NCBI RefSeq assembly: GCF_902713615.1
Contig: NC_052147.1
Span: forward strand, 93,121,044-93,185,043
Source of the DNA: Scyliorhinus canicula
Lineage: Eukaryota
Direction: 5' to 3'
DNA length: 64,000 nt
Shown: piece after piece, positions 62,378 through 64,000 of the stretch
How the letters are laid out: each line of letters opens with the position of its first letter
Numbering within the stretch: the first letter of the stretch is position 1
Made by a program: the position numbers and the translations under genes
Notes under the pieces: model-generated
The model's input: the letters and a program-made list of their open reading frames with translations, nothing else
Told to the model about the DNA's origin: nothing
Database searches by the model: none

Positions 62378-63339
62378 GTAAGTCCACTCTCACCAGGCAT
62401 ATATGCACGGAGAGCAGGGTAGTAAACAGTGTCTTACAAGGGAGAGCTGCCTGTCAGCAATCCCTACTTCTTCCACATGCTACGTCTTGGCCTGATAGAA
62501 GAATGATGATTACAATGTTTAAAAGAAGAGCAGGGAGTTTCCCCAATGTCCTAATGCAACACCAGCTAAAAAAAACATTAACCAGTTCATCTCCCTGTTG
62601 CTCATGTACGCCTGGTGTGTGCAGAATAGTTGTCTGCAACTTAAAAGCAGTCAGTGCATTTCAGTGTAGTCCATCATTTGTGAAGTGAATTGAAGAGTTT
62701 CTATAAAGTATACCAAAATTCCATAAATGCAAATTTTAATCCCATTGAGATCACTCTTTGCTGTTGCCTTTAGTGAAAACCTAAGTTACTCATCTCCGTG
62801 AGTATTATCCGTGATTAGTTTTAAAGTGATGGTCTTACCATCAGAACCTCCTATAAACATTAAGCTGTTATATGGTCAAATGGTTTATTTTCTTTCTCAG
62901 TTAATTTTTAATAATAAACAATAAGTCTCAGCTACCCCTCATAGCTTCATTGCTATCGGCCATGAGCTGTGCAAGCCCAGAAGGTTTGTACTTTAACCCA
63001 AGTGTCTACTGTGTTACCAGATCTAAGCTGGAGTGGCAGCAGATGCACAATAAGTGATCACAGTTCCCCCGAGATTGGAATTGGAAAATCTGGCCAAGTC
63101 CCTCGTGCTAATCATTATCCAATGACTCTACCGAGAAGTGTATACAAATTGGTTGATTGCAGGATTGGGCTGCACCATGATGTTCACCACTACAGAATAT
63201 CCTGCAAACACTATCAATGCTTGCACATGAAGAATGGCTGCTTGTCGAAGTCCTGAAAGATGGCACAATGTTACAGCAAAGAGTGCGATTTAATGGAAAC
63301 GTTTCTAAGTGTGGTAGCAAGCTGGAACTGCTGCAAACA

Positions 63340-63586
63340 TCCTGATTCTCGGCCAGCGAGGCCGCCACTGCTATAAAACATGAATTGGTCCACTTAACGA
63401 GGCCCCACGTACAAGAAGGCCAGCCCCATGATTCGGGGATGCTGACCTGGCCAGATGGGATGCCCTGTTCCCCTGAGGGTCTCTGAGGGTCAAACAGGGG
63501 AAACTGCCTGGGAGTAAGCGGCAGCAGCTAACAGCTTGGGGAGTGTGATCAGGAGGACTGGCACCCAGTGCAGTAAGAAGATCAAC
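63340..63586 (+). mobile_element. Harbinger fragment with a decayed Myb/SANT-like DNA-binding domain
   Basis: RRPAP*FGDADLAR..WDALFP...SVIRRTGTQCSKKIN. Confidence 0.7.
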
Positions 63587-64000
63587 TGTTATGGGCCAGG
63601 GTTTAGAGAACCCCAAAGTGTATCATGGAGTTCACCTGACCCACAACTTCTAATAGATTGTGGTAAGGGGAGCACACGGCCCACTCTACAGGTATGGTAC
63701 AGCAGAAATGGAAAAGTATTTTTTAAAACAAAACAATGTTTATTCTATGAACTCAAGTTAACCTTTTTAAAACAAAGTGAATATCTCAGCAACCATTAAT
63801 TCAAAGATAACCCCCAAAGAATACAACACTAAGTAACCTGTATGCTGTCCTTTTACACCCAAAAGACTTAACAAACCTTTAAACATAATCACATCAGAGT
63901 TTGCATTCACAACTGAAAACATTTATAATTCTTCTGAATTCACCAAATGATCAAGAGATAGTTCTTCATGGCAGAGAGATCAACAATATAGCTGACTTCA
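63587..64000 (-). mobile_element. LTR-like element running off the window end
   Basis: Abrupt start TGTTATGG interrupting the Myb-like frame; minus-strand AATAAA at ~63739; the other end is not visible. Confidence 0.55.

Overview
This is eukaryotic, repeat-dense DNA. The HE1/V-SINE, CR1, L1/Tx1, Harbinger and Penelope repertoire points to a cartilaginous fish, probably a shark (inference). The whole window lies inside one + strand gene, calpain-3 (CAPN3/p94). Ten coding exons match human CAPN3 exons 3-5 and 7-13 in length, phase and sequence, including the catalytic Cys/His/Asn and the 12-nt VPKE microexon. Exons 1-2 and 14 onward were not found and are presumably outside the window. Most ORF-track ORFs are transposon debris or noise. 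Items worth a second look: (1) a 138-nt phase-0 candidate exon at 31270-31407, missed by the ORF track, in the IS1 (exon 6) position. It has a PTB/QKI/RBFOX muscle-type splicing code and is bracketed by a perfect 61-bp inverted repeat. (2) Full-length CTCF-like motifs (upstream module + core) carried by LTR-type repeats, including a triple tandem array, arranged convergently across the gene. (3) A Penelope remnant with a minimal hammerhead-ribozyme motif. (4) Modular SINEs that exchange heads and tails. (5) A 3'-truncated L1 with a TSD next to exon 9. All family names and motif matches are by eye and recall, not database searches.
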